Shown piece by piece: positions 13,357-21,005 of a stretch of DNA of 23,479 nt. The DNA comes from Candidatus Thorarchaeota archaeon (GTDB lineage: Archaea > Asgardarchaeota > Heimdallarchaeia > Heimdallarchaeales > Heimdallarchaeaceae): positions 1 through 23,479 of the forward strand of contig JBHLQZ010000009.1 of the NCBI GenBank assembly GCA_048883065.1, written 5' to 3'. The notes under the pieces are model-generated. The model searched no databases. It was given only the letters and a program-made list of their open reading frames with translations, and was not told the origin of the DNA. A program made the position numbers and the translations under genes. Numbering within the stretch: the stretch's first letter is position 1; each line of letters begins with the position of its first letter.

Positions 13357-14193
13357 ATGGTTCAGATAGCCGTAGTTTCAGGGAAAGGTGGAACAGGTAA
13401 AACTTTGGTTGCAACGAGCTTAGCCTTATCGATTAACAATGTTCAACTCTTAGATGCAGATGTAGAAGAACCCAATAGTGCTTTGTTTCTATGTTATCGA
13501 GTTCAACCTATTGATAAAGCAGAGATTCCTGTCCCTGTTATAGATAAGGAAATATGTACTCACTGTGGAAAATGTAGTGATAGTTGTGAATATAATGCAC
13601 TCGCAAACCTACCTGGGGAAGTTCTTCTTTTCGAAAAAATATGTCATGGGTGTGGAGTATGTTCGGAAGTGTGTCCTGTTAATGCTATAACTGAAAGATA
13701 TAGACCAATTGGTACAATTTACTCAGGAAGAGAACAGAACCTTCTCTTTAACTATGGTGAACTTATTGTTGGTGAAGAGTTAGCTACACCAGTAATAACA
13801 AAATTAAAAGAGTTTGTTAAAGAAGATAGAGATTTTGTCATTTTTGATTCACCTCCTGGTTCTTCTTGCTCTATGGTTGAAACAGTGATTGATACTGATT
13901 TTGTTTTGTTGATAGGAGAACCCACACCATTTGGTCTTTCTGACATGAAAATTGTCGTGGAAACTCTTAGACAATTACATAAAAAATTTGGTGTAATAAT
14001 AAACAAGGATGGAATGGGAAATGAGGAAATGGTGGAATATTGTGAAAAAGAACAAATTGCCATTTTAATGAAAATACCTTTTGATTTGGAAATTGCAAGG
14101 CAATACTCTTTAGGTAAAACTTTGGTACAATCTTTTCCTAAATGGAAAAACGATTTTACACAACTTGCTCTAAAAATCAAGGAGATGGTATAA
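13357..14193 (+). CDS. MinD/ParA-class P-loop ATPase with an inserted 2x[4Fe-4S] ferredoxin module (COG1149-type)
   Basis: The ORF track begins at 13252, but that stretch overlaps the preceding gene. The in-frame ATG at 13357 gives MVQIAVVSGKGGTGKT (deviant Walker A KGGxGKT); ATG 13327 is an alternative. Cluster motifs are CTHCGKCSDSCEYNAL and CHGCGVCSEVCPVNAI. A Walker B-like FVIFDSPPG is present. Confidence 0.9.
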   Translation: MVQIAVVSGKGGTGKTLVATSLALSINNVQLLDADVEEPNSALFLCYRVQPIDKAEIPVPVIDKEICTHCGKCSDSCEYNALANLPGEVLLFEKICHGCGVCSEVCPVNAITERYRPIGTIYSGREQNLLFNYGELIVGEELATPVITKLKEFVKEDRDFVIFDSPPGSSCSMVETVIDTDFVLLIGEPTPFGLSDMKIVVETLRQLHKKFGVIINKDGMGNEEMVEYCEKEQIAILMKIPFDLEIARQYSLGKTLVQSFPKWKNDFTQLALKIKEMV

Positions 14194-14194
14194 T

Positions 14195-15097
14195 ATGGAA
14201 AAAAAGAGCAAGATAAAACAATTAACTGTAATTTCAGGAAAAGGAGGTACAGGCAAATCATCAATTATAGCTTCTTTAGCATATATTTTGAAAGAGAAAG
14301 TAATTCTTGCTGATGCAGATGTAGATGCAGCTGACTTGTATTTAATTTTTACACCTAAGGATTCATCTTCTCATGAATATTATGGTTTGAAAAAAGCTGA
14401 AATAGATCTTAATGTATGTACAAAATGTAATATATGCAGAGATTCTTGTAGATTTGATGCTATAGATCCTGATTTCTTTGTGCAACCATTCAAATGTGAA
14501 GGATGTAGCTTATGTTACCATGTATGCCCTGAATCTGCTGTAATGATGAAAGACCATGTTTCAGGTCATTATTTTATTTCTGATACTAGAATTGGAAAAA
14601 TGGTACATGCCAAACTTAAACCAGGCGAAGAGAGCTCCGGATTGCTTGTAGCAGAAGTAAGAAAAAAAGCTAATGAAGTTGCTAAGGAACTCAACAAAGA
14701 TCTTGTCCTAATTGATGGTTCTCCTGGAATAGGCTGTCCAGTAATTAGCTCAATTACAGGATCAGATTTAGCATTGGTTGTAACTGAACCAACAATTTCT
14801 GGAAAACACGACTTAGAGCGAGTCTTGAAACTTTTGGAGCAATTTCGAATAGGGAGTTATGTTATTGTTAACAAAACAGATATTAATTTAGAAATCACTC
14901 AAGAGATTGAAGAAATCTGTAAAGAAAAAACCCCAGTAATTGCAAATATCCCTCATAATCACATCTTTACAACTGCTATGATTGATCAAAAAACTGTAAT
15001 TGAAATGGAATCAAATACTAAGGAAGAAAAAGAAATACAAGAAACACTCTTCAAAATTGCAAAAACTATAGAAGAAAAATTACAAATAAAAAACTAG
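14195..15097 (+). CDS. MinD/ParA-class P-loop ATPase with an inserted 2x[4Fe-4S] ferredoxin module (COG1149-type), second paralogue
   Basis: 300-aa ORF starting 1 nt after the previous stop. The deviant Walker A is VISGKGGTGKSS. Cluster motifs are CTKCNICRDSCRFDAI and CEGCSLCYHVCPESAV. A Walker B-like LVLIDGSPGIG is present. Confidence 0.9.
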   Translation: MEKKSKIKQLTVISGKGGTGKSSIIASLAYILKEKVILADADVDAADLYLIFTPKDSSSHEYYGLKKAEIDLNVCTKCNICRDSCRFDAIDPDFFVQPFKCEGCSLCYHVCPESAVMMKDHVSGHYFISDTRIGKMVHAKLKPGEESSGLLVAEVRKKANEVAKELNKDLVLIDGSPGIGCPVISSITGSDLALVVTEPTISGKHDLERVLKLLEQFRIGSYVIVNKTDINLEITQEIEEICKEKTPVIANIPHNHIFTTAMIDQKTVIEMESNTKEEKEIQETLFKIAKTIEEKLQIKN

Positions 15098-15103
15098 TTT
15101 TTT
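15098..15103 (+). terminator. T6 tract immediately after the stop of the second MinD-ferredoxin gene
   Basis: tagTTTTTTc, with the stop at 15095-15097 and T6 at 15098-15103. It is followed by a 64-nt spacer before the MBL gene. Confidence 0.25.
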
Positions 15104-15167
15104 CATACGTTGATGTATTTTGGGTAAATTTAAAGAATAGCTACATTTAGTTTTAGAAGGATGATGC

Positions 15168-16025
15168 ATGAAGGTTAAAATTACAACTTTATATGATTCT
15201 CAATTTTTCAAATGGAGAAACTTTGGTGCATTTAATGGAGTATCTTTTCACATTTCAATAAATAAAGAACAGATAATTTCTGATTTAGGCTTGATAAGTT
15301 GGCGTTTAATTCGGAATATGAAGAATCTCAATGTAAATCCAGATGAGATTGATAAGGTTTTTCTAACTCATGGTCATATGGATCATGTTAGAGGTCTGAT
15401 CGGTCTCATTAGAGCTAGAACTATTTCAACTAAACTACCCGTATTTACTCATCCTGATGCATCAATACAAAGATATTCTTTTATTAAAAACAGAAAAATG
15501 TGGAATGCTGGTTTTCCTATATTTGAACCCGAAATAGAGGAAAAAATACAGTTTATATTTAATAAAAAGTCTATTCAAATTGCTCCTAATCTTTTCACTA
15601 CAGGAGAAATCTCTCTTGAGGAAAGAACCAATGTCCAGAATCTTTCTAGACATTATAAATGTAAAATAAATGATACATGGGGATTTGATTCAGTTATTGA
15701 TGATCAATCTTTAGTACTTCAGACTTCTGAAGGTCTTGTATTAATCACTGGTTGTTGTCATTCTGGATTGCTGAATACATGTAACAAAGCTAAGGAGCTG
15801 TTTAATGACGATATTCATGCTATAATTGGTGGAGTGCATATGGTTTTCGCCAATGAGGAGAAAGTTGAACAAGTTATTAATAACATTAAGCGAGAGCTCA
15901 GAAATCCGATATTATATCTTAATCATAGCACTGGAACTAAAGCAATTAGGATGATGAAGAAAGAATTTGGGGAGGAGAAAGTTAGAAATTGTTCCGTAGG
16001 TACAAAAATAAAATTCGATTTTTAG
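15168..16025 (+). CDS. metallo-beta-lactamase-fold protein (COG1237-like)
   Basis: 285-aa ORF. The HxHxDH motif is LTHGHMDHVRGL. The later motifs ITGCCHSGLLN and AIIGGVHM resemble the GCsHsGi.N / viGGfHl motifs I remember for the COG1237 MBL family. AAGGATGA lies upstream of the ATG. Confidence 0.7.
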   Translation: MKVKITTLYDSQFFKWRNFGAFNGVSFHISINKEQIISDLGLISWRLIRNMKNLNVNPDEIDKVFLTHGHMDHVRGLIGLIRARTISTKLPVFTHPDASIQRYSFIKNRKMWNAGFPIFEPEIEEKIQFIFNKKSIQIAPNLFTTGEISLEERTNVQNLSRHYKCKINDTWGFDSVIDDQSLVLQTSEGLVLITGCCHSGLLNTCNKAKELFNDDIHAIIGGVHMVFANEEKVEQVINNIKRELRNPILYLNHSTGTKAIRMMKKEFGEEKVRNCSVGTKIKFDF

Positions 16026-16042
16026 AAAAAAAAGGAAAAATC

Positions 16043-16711
16043 CTATTTTCCTACTTCTTGAAGAATAGCAGGAATTAGGTTTGGAAAATCTTCGTTTTCA
16101 TGTAATCCTGCATTTGGATCATCTGTAGCAATCACATTAAGTATAGCTACATCTGCACCATTGAAATATGCTGATCTTACATTTTGTGGTTCCAAACCCC
16201 CAGCAACAGAAATAAATGTATCATACTTTGAACGAACTTTTGAAATATCTTTGTAGCGTATAATACTCTTTACATCAGCTTCTTCATCTCTTCCTTTATG
16301 AATAACAACGAAATTAGGTCTATTTCTAAGAGGGAGGAGTCTTTTTAGTGGGTCAGTGACTCCCAACATATCTACCATAGAGTATATCCCATATCTAGCA
16401 CAATTAGCATTGAATAAATCTATAGTTATAGTTGGAGCTGAACCCATTACTGTAACTGCGTTAGCACCAGATTGACTAGCAAAAAGGATCTCTCTGACTG
16501 CGCCATCAGTTACTTTAAGATCAGCAACCACCATACCTTTCCACATTCTTCTTATCAATCTAATACCTGCAACTCCAGTTAGTTTTAGGTAGGGAGTCCC
16601 TGCTTCGATTATTATTCTAGGATCATAAGGAATCTGTGACAAAACTCGTCTTACTTGAGAAGCATCTCGATTGAATGCAATTTGTATATAGCGAGTATTG
16701 GGGTCGAGCAA
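16043..16711 (-). CDS. OMP-decarboxylase-suprafamily barrel, 3-hexulose-6-phosphate synthase-like
   Basis: 222-aa ORF. The motifs IQIAF, IIIEAGTP, VVADLKVTDG (the D-x-K-x-x-D signature), VVIHKGRDEE and ISVAGGL align with my memory of HPS/KGPDC sequences (LQVALD, IIEvGTP, fADmKtmDaG, HaGlD, vAGG). Confidence 0.6.
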   Translation of the reverse strand: MLDPNTRYIQIAFNRDASQVRRVLSQIPYDPRIIIEAGTPYLKLTGVAGIRLIRRMWKGMVVADLKVTDGAVREILFASQSGANAVTVMGSAPTITIDLFNANCARYGIYSMVDMLGVTDPLKRLLPLRNRPNFVVIHKGRDEEADVKSIIRYKDISKVRSKYDTFISVAGGLEPQNVRSAYFNGADVAILNVIATDDPNAGLHENEDFPNLIPAILQEVGK

Positions 16712-16722
16712 GTCTTTCCCTC

Positions 16723-17505
16723 TTATTTCTTAGTTTTCTTGACTACTTCTGATAATCCTTCAGAAAGATCATTTGGCATAAAAATAACAATCTTTTCACT
16801 TGGATCTTGGGCTATGTCTCTAATTGTTTGTAATGTTCTTAAAGTTAAAGCCCCTCTCTCTTCTGAGAGTTTTCTAGCTGCATCAGCTAGGTTTTTAGCA
16901 GCAATAAATTCTCCTTCAGATTGAATAATAACAGCTCGCTTTTCCCTTTCAGCTTCAGCTTGTTTAGCGAAAGCTCTTTTCATTTCCGCTGGCAATTCAA
17001 TTTCTTGAATTTTGATACTTTGAATGTCAATTCCCCATTCATTTGTTTCTTTGTCAACAATAGATCGAATGTCATTAGCAATCTGATCACGTTCAATTAA
17101 GACTTGATCTAGCTCCATAGTTCCCATTGTATCTCGTAAAGCTGCTTGAGTATATTGCCTCACAGCGTAGACATAATTCTCAATCTTGATAACTGCATCT
17201 GCCGGTCTCTCAACTTTAAAGTAGACAACAGTATTTGCTAATACAGGGATATTATCTTTTGTCATAACTTCTTGTCTGGGTATATCTTGAGTAATGATTC
17301 TCAAATCTACTTTCTTTGCTGATTCTATAATTGGTGTAACATAAACCAAACCAGGTCCTATGGTTCTCTTATAGTGTCCTAATCTAAAAACAACTAATCG
17401 TTCATATTCCATAGTTATTCTAATTCCTGCTAAAAGCAGAATAACAATAATTCCACCTATTACAGAACATACTGCTATTATTATTGTACTTACAAATGGT
17501 TCCAT
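16723..17505 (-). CDS. SPFH/band-7 (stomatin/prohibitin-like) membrane protein
   Basis: 260-aa ORF with an N-terminal TM helix (IIIAVCSVIGGIIVILLLAGI). Classic stomatin motifs follow: YERLVVFRLGHY, GPGLVYVTPIIE, DLRI, VMTKDNIPV, YFKVERP, ALRDTMG, and a C-terminal AEAEREKRAVIIQSEGE coiled region. Confidence 0.9.
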   Translation of the reverse strand: MEPFVSTIIIAVCSVIGGIIVILLLAGIRITMEYERLVVFRLGHYKRTIGPGLVYVTPIIESAKKVDLRIITQDIPRQEVMTKDNIPVLANTVVYFKVERPADAVIKIENYVYAVRQYTQAALRDTMGTMELDQVLIERDQIANDIRSIVDKETNEWGIDIQSIKIQEIELPAEMKRAFAKQAEAEREKRAVIIQSEGEFIAAKNLADAARKLSEERGALTLRTLQTIRDIAQDPSEKIVIFMPNDLSEGLSEVVKKTKK

Positions 17506-17614
17506 TTTTTCACCTAATTTTTAATTCTGGCTAAATGAATATTGATAGAAAGTATTAATTAAAGCTATCCCATTGTCTAAATATAGAAGAAATTAAAACT
17601 ATAGGTGTAATCTA

Positions 17615-17962
17615 TTGAATATCATAGAGAAATATCGTTTTGGTAAGATTGTTGTTAATGGAAAATCATTTTCTAAAGATTTAATTATCTTCCCAGATGA
17701 AATAAAATCAAAATGGTGGAGAAAACAGGGTCATTCTCTACATTTAGATGATTTGCTAATTCTTGATGAGAAAAAAATAGATGTTTTAGTTGTAGGTACA
17801 GGTGCATTTGGTAGAGTTAATGTTCCTGCTGATGTCATTCAGAAACTCAATGAAAGAGATATAGTAGTTATTGCTAAAAAAACCTCGGAAGCGGTAGAAG
17901 AATATAATAAACTAGCAAAAGAAAACAAGATTGTAGCTGCTGCACTCCATTTAAATTGCTAA
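17615..17962 (+). CDS. Mth938-like domain protein (DUF498/NDUFAF3-type fold family)
   Basis: 115-aa ORF with a TTG start. The sequence I..YRFGKIVVNGKSFSKDLIIFPDEI.SKWWRKQGHSLHLDDL......IDVLVVGTGAFGRVNVPADVIQKLNERDIVVI fits the family pattern (fG.i.i.G..y..DviV.p......W......H.l...dl.......pevLviGtG..g.l.v.......l...gi.v). Confidence 0.7.
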   Translation: MNIIEKYRFGKIVVNGKSFSKDLIIFPDEIKSKWWRKQGHSLHLDDLLILDEKKIDVLVVGTGAFGRVNVPADVIQKLNERDIVVIAKKTSEAVEEYNKLAKENKIVAAALHLNC

Positions 17963-18021
17963 AAATATTGTTTTAATCCTCAGAGTAGATTTTATAAATA
18001 TCTAATCTTTTGTACTAAACC

Positions 18022-18897
18022 ATGTCAGATTACGTTATTAAGCAATATCAAGAAGAATTTATTGAAGATCAATTTAAGGTAGGATCAGAAGTAGTTAAAG
18101 ATTGGAAGTTTTTTGGACAAACATCTGTTGAAGAACTTAAACAGTCCTACTCCCAAGAGGATTTTGACCCTGAAACAAGATTATACTGCTTTAAAGATGA
18201 GAAACTTGTAGGATTTTTAACAGCTGCAGTAAATGAAACAGAAGAAGAAAGATTTGGATTTCTAAGATTACCTTTTGTTTTACCAGAACATAAGGATGCA
18301 GAAGAATTACTGTTTAATGAGATAGTTGAGGTTTTTAAGAAAAAAGGAATTAAGAAGATAAGAGCTCAAGCTTCAAATCTTTGGGGGAATTCATTAGAAT
18401 TAGTCAAAAAATGGAATTTCGATAAGAAGGATGAGAACTTTTATGTTTACATAGCAGATTTAAAAGAGGTTGCAGTGGATAAAAACGACAAAATAGAAAT
18501 CCGATCTTTTGATTATGAAAAAGATGTAGAACCTATGGTAGAGATCTTTAAGGAAAAATATGGTTACACTGAAGAAGCAGCTAAACAGAATTTTGAAACC
18601 ATAAAGAATTTTGATAGAGTGATTGCACACTTAATTGTTCAAAAAGATGAGAATATAGTTGGGAGAGCTTTAGCTTATCTTACTGATGACCCCAAACTTG
18701 CGATTAATGGTTTCATGTTTGGAGATGATGATGTAAAGAAAGCTATGCTTTCAGAAATTATTGAAAAAAGTAAAGAAAAAGAAGTTGAAAAATTACAAAT
18801 GTTCTTCAACCTTCCAAACAAGCAACTTATCCCTGCATATGAGAAACTTGGTTTTAAGTTAGATGGAAAAGGAATTAATTTTGAGAAAGAAATCTAA
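18022..18897 (+). CDS. putative GNAT-family N-acetyltransferase (two-lobed)
   Basis: 291-aa ORF. GNAT-like segments include LVGFLTAAV...LRLPFVLPEHKDAEELLFNEIVEVFKKKGIKKIRAQASN and the C-terminal LIPAYEKLGFKL. No strict Q/RxxGxG/A motif was identified, so the assignment is tentative. Confidence 0.4.
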   Translation: MSDYVIKQYQEEFIEDQFKVGSEVVKDWKFFGQTSVEELKQSYSQEDFDPETRLYCFKDEKLVGFLTAAVNETEEERFGFLRLPFVLPEHKDAEELLFNEIVEVFKKKGIKKIRAQASNLWGNSLELVKKWNFDKKDENFYVYIADLKEVAVDKNDKIEIRSFDYEKDVEPMVEIFKEKYGYTEEAAKQNFETIKNFDRVIAHLIVQKDENIVGRALAYLTDDPKLAINGFMFGDDDVKKAMLSEIIEKSKEKEVEKLQMFFNLPNKQLIPAYEKLGFKLDGKGINFEKEI

Positions 18898-18911
18898 TTT
18901 TCTTTTTTTTC

Positions 18912-19244
18912 CTATTCTGGAATGCTTCTTGGAATATTGGGATCATCTTCTGCAGGAAACATTTTACCATTTCGACCTAAGGTTATTTGCTTTTTGTCTT
19001 GAAACATTTTACACCAACCATCCTCAATGGTAACAACATCTCCTACGTTATATTTTTCTCCTGTATCTGCACCCCATAGGGTTAATACTGTTGAATCTGT
19101 ATCATCAACCACTAAGATCTCCCAAACAAACAATGTTCGTCCTCTAGCTTCTACTTGACGCGGACCTTGTTTTGATATGATTCTTGCTTTAACTATATCA
19201 AAATTTTTTTCTGGTTCTAATTCTGCTATCTTCAAATTTATCAC
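18912..19244 (-). CDS. single-OB-fold single-stranded DNA-binding protein (crenarchaeal SSB / hSSB1-like), without a C-terminal tail
   Basis: 110-aa ORF with a GTG start. I.ELEP...FDIVKARIISKQGPRQVEARGRTLFVWEILVVDDTDSTVLTLWGADTGEKYNVGDVVTIEDGWCKMFQDKKQITLGRNGKM parallels my memory of Sulfolobus SSB (...[49 protein letters not shown]). Confidence 0.6.
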   Translation of the reverse strand: MINLKIAELEPEKNFDIVKARIISKQGPRQVEARGRTLFVWEILVVDDTDSTVLTLWGADTGEKYNVGDVVTIEDGWCKMFQDKKQITLGRNGKMFPAEDDPNIPRSIPE

Positions 19245-19301
19245 TTCTAACCGTATATTATATTTTCAAAATCACTCACACTTAAGTGTATCCCTACATT
19301 T

Positions 19302-19336
19302 AAAAAATTAATATATGCATCTCATTGGTGAGATGC
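19302..19336 (-). terminator. 8-bp stem / 4-nt loop hairpin followed by a U6 tract after the ketopantoate-reductase-like gene
   Basis: The plus strand reads gcatctca (19317-19324), ttgg, tgagatgc (19329-19336), a perfect inverted repeat that touches the TAG stop (19336-19338). On the minus-strand transcript a T6 run follows 9 nt later (plus-strand A6 at 19302-19307). Confidence 0.35.
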
Positions 19337-20373
19337 TAACTTAAAACTACTTGATTGTAGAGTTTCTTTATCAAACCTTTTGAAGGTTTTAATTCACCTT
19401 TCTCCAACTTTTTAATTGTGTCTATCAAAAGTTCATTAATAGGCATCTCTACGTTATACTCTTTTCCAAGCTCAACTACTTTTCCGTTTAGATAGTCGAT
19501 TTCAGTTGTTTTATTGTTTCTTATATCTTGTAAAGTTGAAACGATTGCATCTTTGTTTTCATGAGTCATTCTCATAACTACTGTTCGTGCTATACCAAAA
19601 CTGATTAAATCATAATTATAAAGCATCTCAGGATAAAGACGCCCTTGAAATGGATTAAGTTTTAAACCTAAAGCATCAACAACATGAACTAATTCCTTCC
19701 ATGTCCATAAAGCTAAAGTAAGACCAGAAACATCACCTGCAATTTCCCCAAGAGCAAAGTTACCAATAGCACATATTGGATTAATAGTGCAGTTAATCAT
19801 CACTTTCATCCACACGTCACTTATGATATTCTCAGAGATTGAGGTTGGAGCAATTTTATTAAGAGCTTTCAAAATAAATTCAGGAACTTCTCTACCTTTC
19901 TCTGGTGTCATTTCAGCTGTAAGTTTTCCCACAATTATATCGCCATCAGTAGTCTGAACAGCAACACCTTCATCTTCTAGAAGAACGTTGAAACCTATTA
20001 CACATGGATAAACATTTTCAAACTTAGTTTTATCAAAAATATCTTGAGCGACAAAACCATTTTGAAGTGAAACTATAGGAGTTTCTTTTGGTAATGTATC
20101 TTGTAATTCCTGAACAAAAGCTAAAGTAGGATTTGCTTTCAATGTTATAAAAAGTGCATCAGGTGTTAAATTACCGTTTTTAAGATCATCTACTGTTATA
20201 GCTTTTATTTTCGAGCTAAGGTTTCCCATATAACTCTTATATATTACAGGATTTTTCTTGAAATATTCTTTATGTCTTTCTCTTCCTAGAAGGAAAACCT
20301 CTGCATTTTCTTGAGAAATACTTGCTGCGACTGCACAACCAATGGCACCAGGACCTATAACTACAATTTTCAT
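19336..20373 (-). CDS. ketopantoate reductase (ApbA/PanE) family 2-oxoacid reductase
   Basis: 345-aa ORF. The N-terminal Rossmann motif is MKIVVIGPGAIGCAVA. The C-terminal family motif STLQDIRNNKTTEIDYLNGKVVELGKEYNVEMPINELL matches SmlqDl.rgr.TEid.lnG.vv..g...gv.tP.n. It starts 4 nt after the iorB stop. Confidence 0.8.
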   Translation of the reverse strand: MKIVVIGPGAIGCAVAASISQENAEVFLLGRERHKEYFKKNPVIYKSYMGNLSSKIKAITVDDLKNGNLTPDALFITLKANPTLAFVQELQDTLPKETPIVSLQNGFVAQDIFDKTKFENVYPCVIGFNVLLEDEGVAVQTTDGDIIVGKLTAEMTPEKGREVPEFILKALNKIAPTSISENIISDVWMKVMINCTINPICAIGNFALGEIAGDVSGLTLALWTWKELVHVVDALGLKLNPFQGRLYPEMLYNYDLISFGIARTVVMRMTHENKDAIVSTLQDIRNNKTTEIDYLNGKVVELGKEYNVEMPINELLIDTIKKLEKGELKPSKGLIKKLYNQVVLS

Positions 20374-20377
20374 ATTT

Positions 20378-21001
20378 TTACTCCACCTTCTTCATCCATT
20401 TCAGACCCTCTTTGAAAGCTTTTTTATTGACTTGTTTCAAGAGGATATTTCTACCTAGGTATTCCAAAACATACTCTTCAGCTTTATTTGTTGGTATCTC
20501 TAGTTCTGGGAATGTTGTCAAAATAGAGAAAACAGCAACATTAACAGGTTTTAGTTTAAATTTTACACTTGCTTCAAAGCCTAATGCGTCAAAAATATAA
20601 GTTTCGGAAGAATATTTTATTATCTCTCGATCAATATCTTCAGCATCTGGAAACATTTCTAAACCTAAATCAACTGTTGTTCTTATATCATATTTATTAG
20701 AAACTAGTACTTTGGGTTTTGTTTCTCTAGCTAAATAGAGATAACGTAAGGTCTCAAGTTTTTCTAATCCTATAATAATATCTACATCTTTAGCAGCAAA
20801 CAGAGGATTATCAGCTTCATTTATTCGAATGAAGGATTGTACCGATCCTCCCCTTTGAGATAAACCATGCATCTCATTGTAACACACTTTCTTTCCTAGC
20901 ATAAAGCTTGTGTTTGCTATCAGCTTTGCTAGAGTAATAACTCCCTGACCACCTAGACCAACAATTGCAATGTTTAATGTATTATTTTGTTTATCACTCA
21001 T
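20378..21001 (-). CDS. iorB: indolepyruvate:ferredoxin oxidoreductase beta subunit
   Basis: 207-aa ORF. The N-terminal IAIVGLGGQGVITLAKLI motif is typical of the OFOR gamma/IorB domain. Its size and its position 4 nt downstream of the alpha subunit gene match iorAB. Confidence 0.8.
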   Translation of the reverse strand: MSDKQNNTLNIAIVGLGGQGVITLAKLIANTSFMLGKKVCYNEMHGLSQRGGSVQSFIRINEADNPLFAAKDVDIIIGLEKLETLRYLYLARETKPKVLVSNKYDIRTTVDLGLEMFPDAEDIDREIIKYSSETYIFDALGFEASVKFKLKPVNVAVFSILTTFPELEIPTNKAEEYVLEYLGRNILLKQVNKKAFKEGLKWMKKVE

Positions 21002-21005
21002 TTGC

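Noticed and set aside
13752-14264. A 170-aa minus-strand ORF lies opposite the MinD-ferredoxin genes.
   Set aside because: It is antisense to CDSs with clear P-loop and Fe-S motifs, spans a gene junction, and has no recognisable domain.
12658-15097. Interpretation of the NifX-like plus P-loop/Fe-S ATPase genes as a nitrogen-fixation (nif) cluster.
   Set aside because: No nifD/K/E/N or radical-SAM nifB is present in the window. The ATPases are MinD/ParA-type with inserted ferredoxin modules, not NifH. The NifX-like proteins are stand-alone domains of about 110 aa, as found in many non-diazotrophs.
16043-16711. Apparent Asp-to-Asn change in the first conserved motif of the HPS-like barrel (IQIAFN versus LQVALD), which could imply altered catalysis.
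   Set aside because: The register rests on an alignment from memory, and an Asp two residues later (NRD) could occupy the position. I cannot decide without a real multiple alignment or structure model.
15462-16924. Short antisense ORFs at 15462-15653 (-) and 16655-16924 (+). The ORFs at 20412-20600 (+) and 21375-21569 (+) are of the same kind.
   Set aside because: Each lies inside or opposite a better-supported gene (MBL, HPS-like/stomatin, iorB, iorA) and shows no motif.
16723-17505. The stomatin gene lacks the usual adjacent NfeD/STOPP protease partner.
   Set aside because: The absence is real within this window, but orphan SPFH genes are common and the partner may be encoded elsewhere, so it is not informative on its own.
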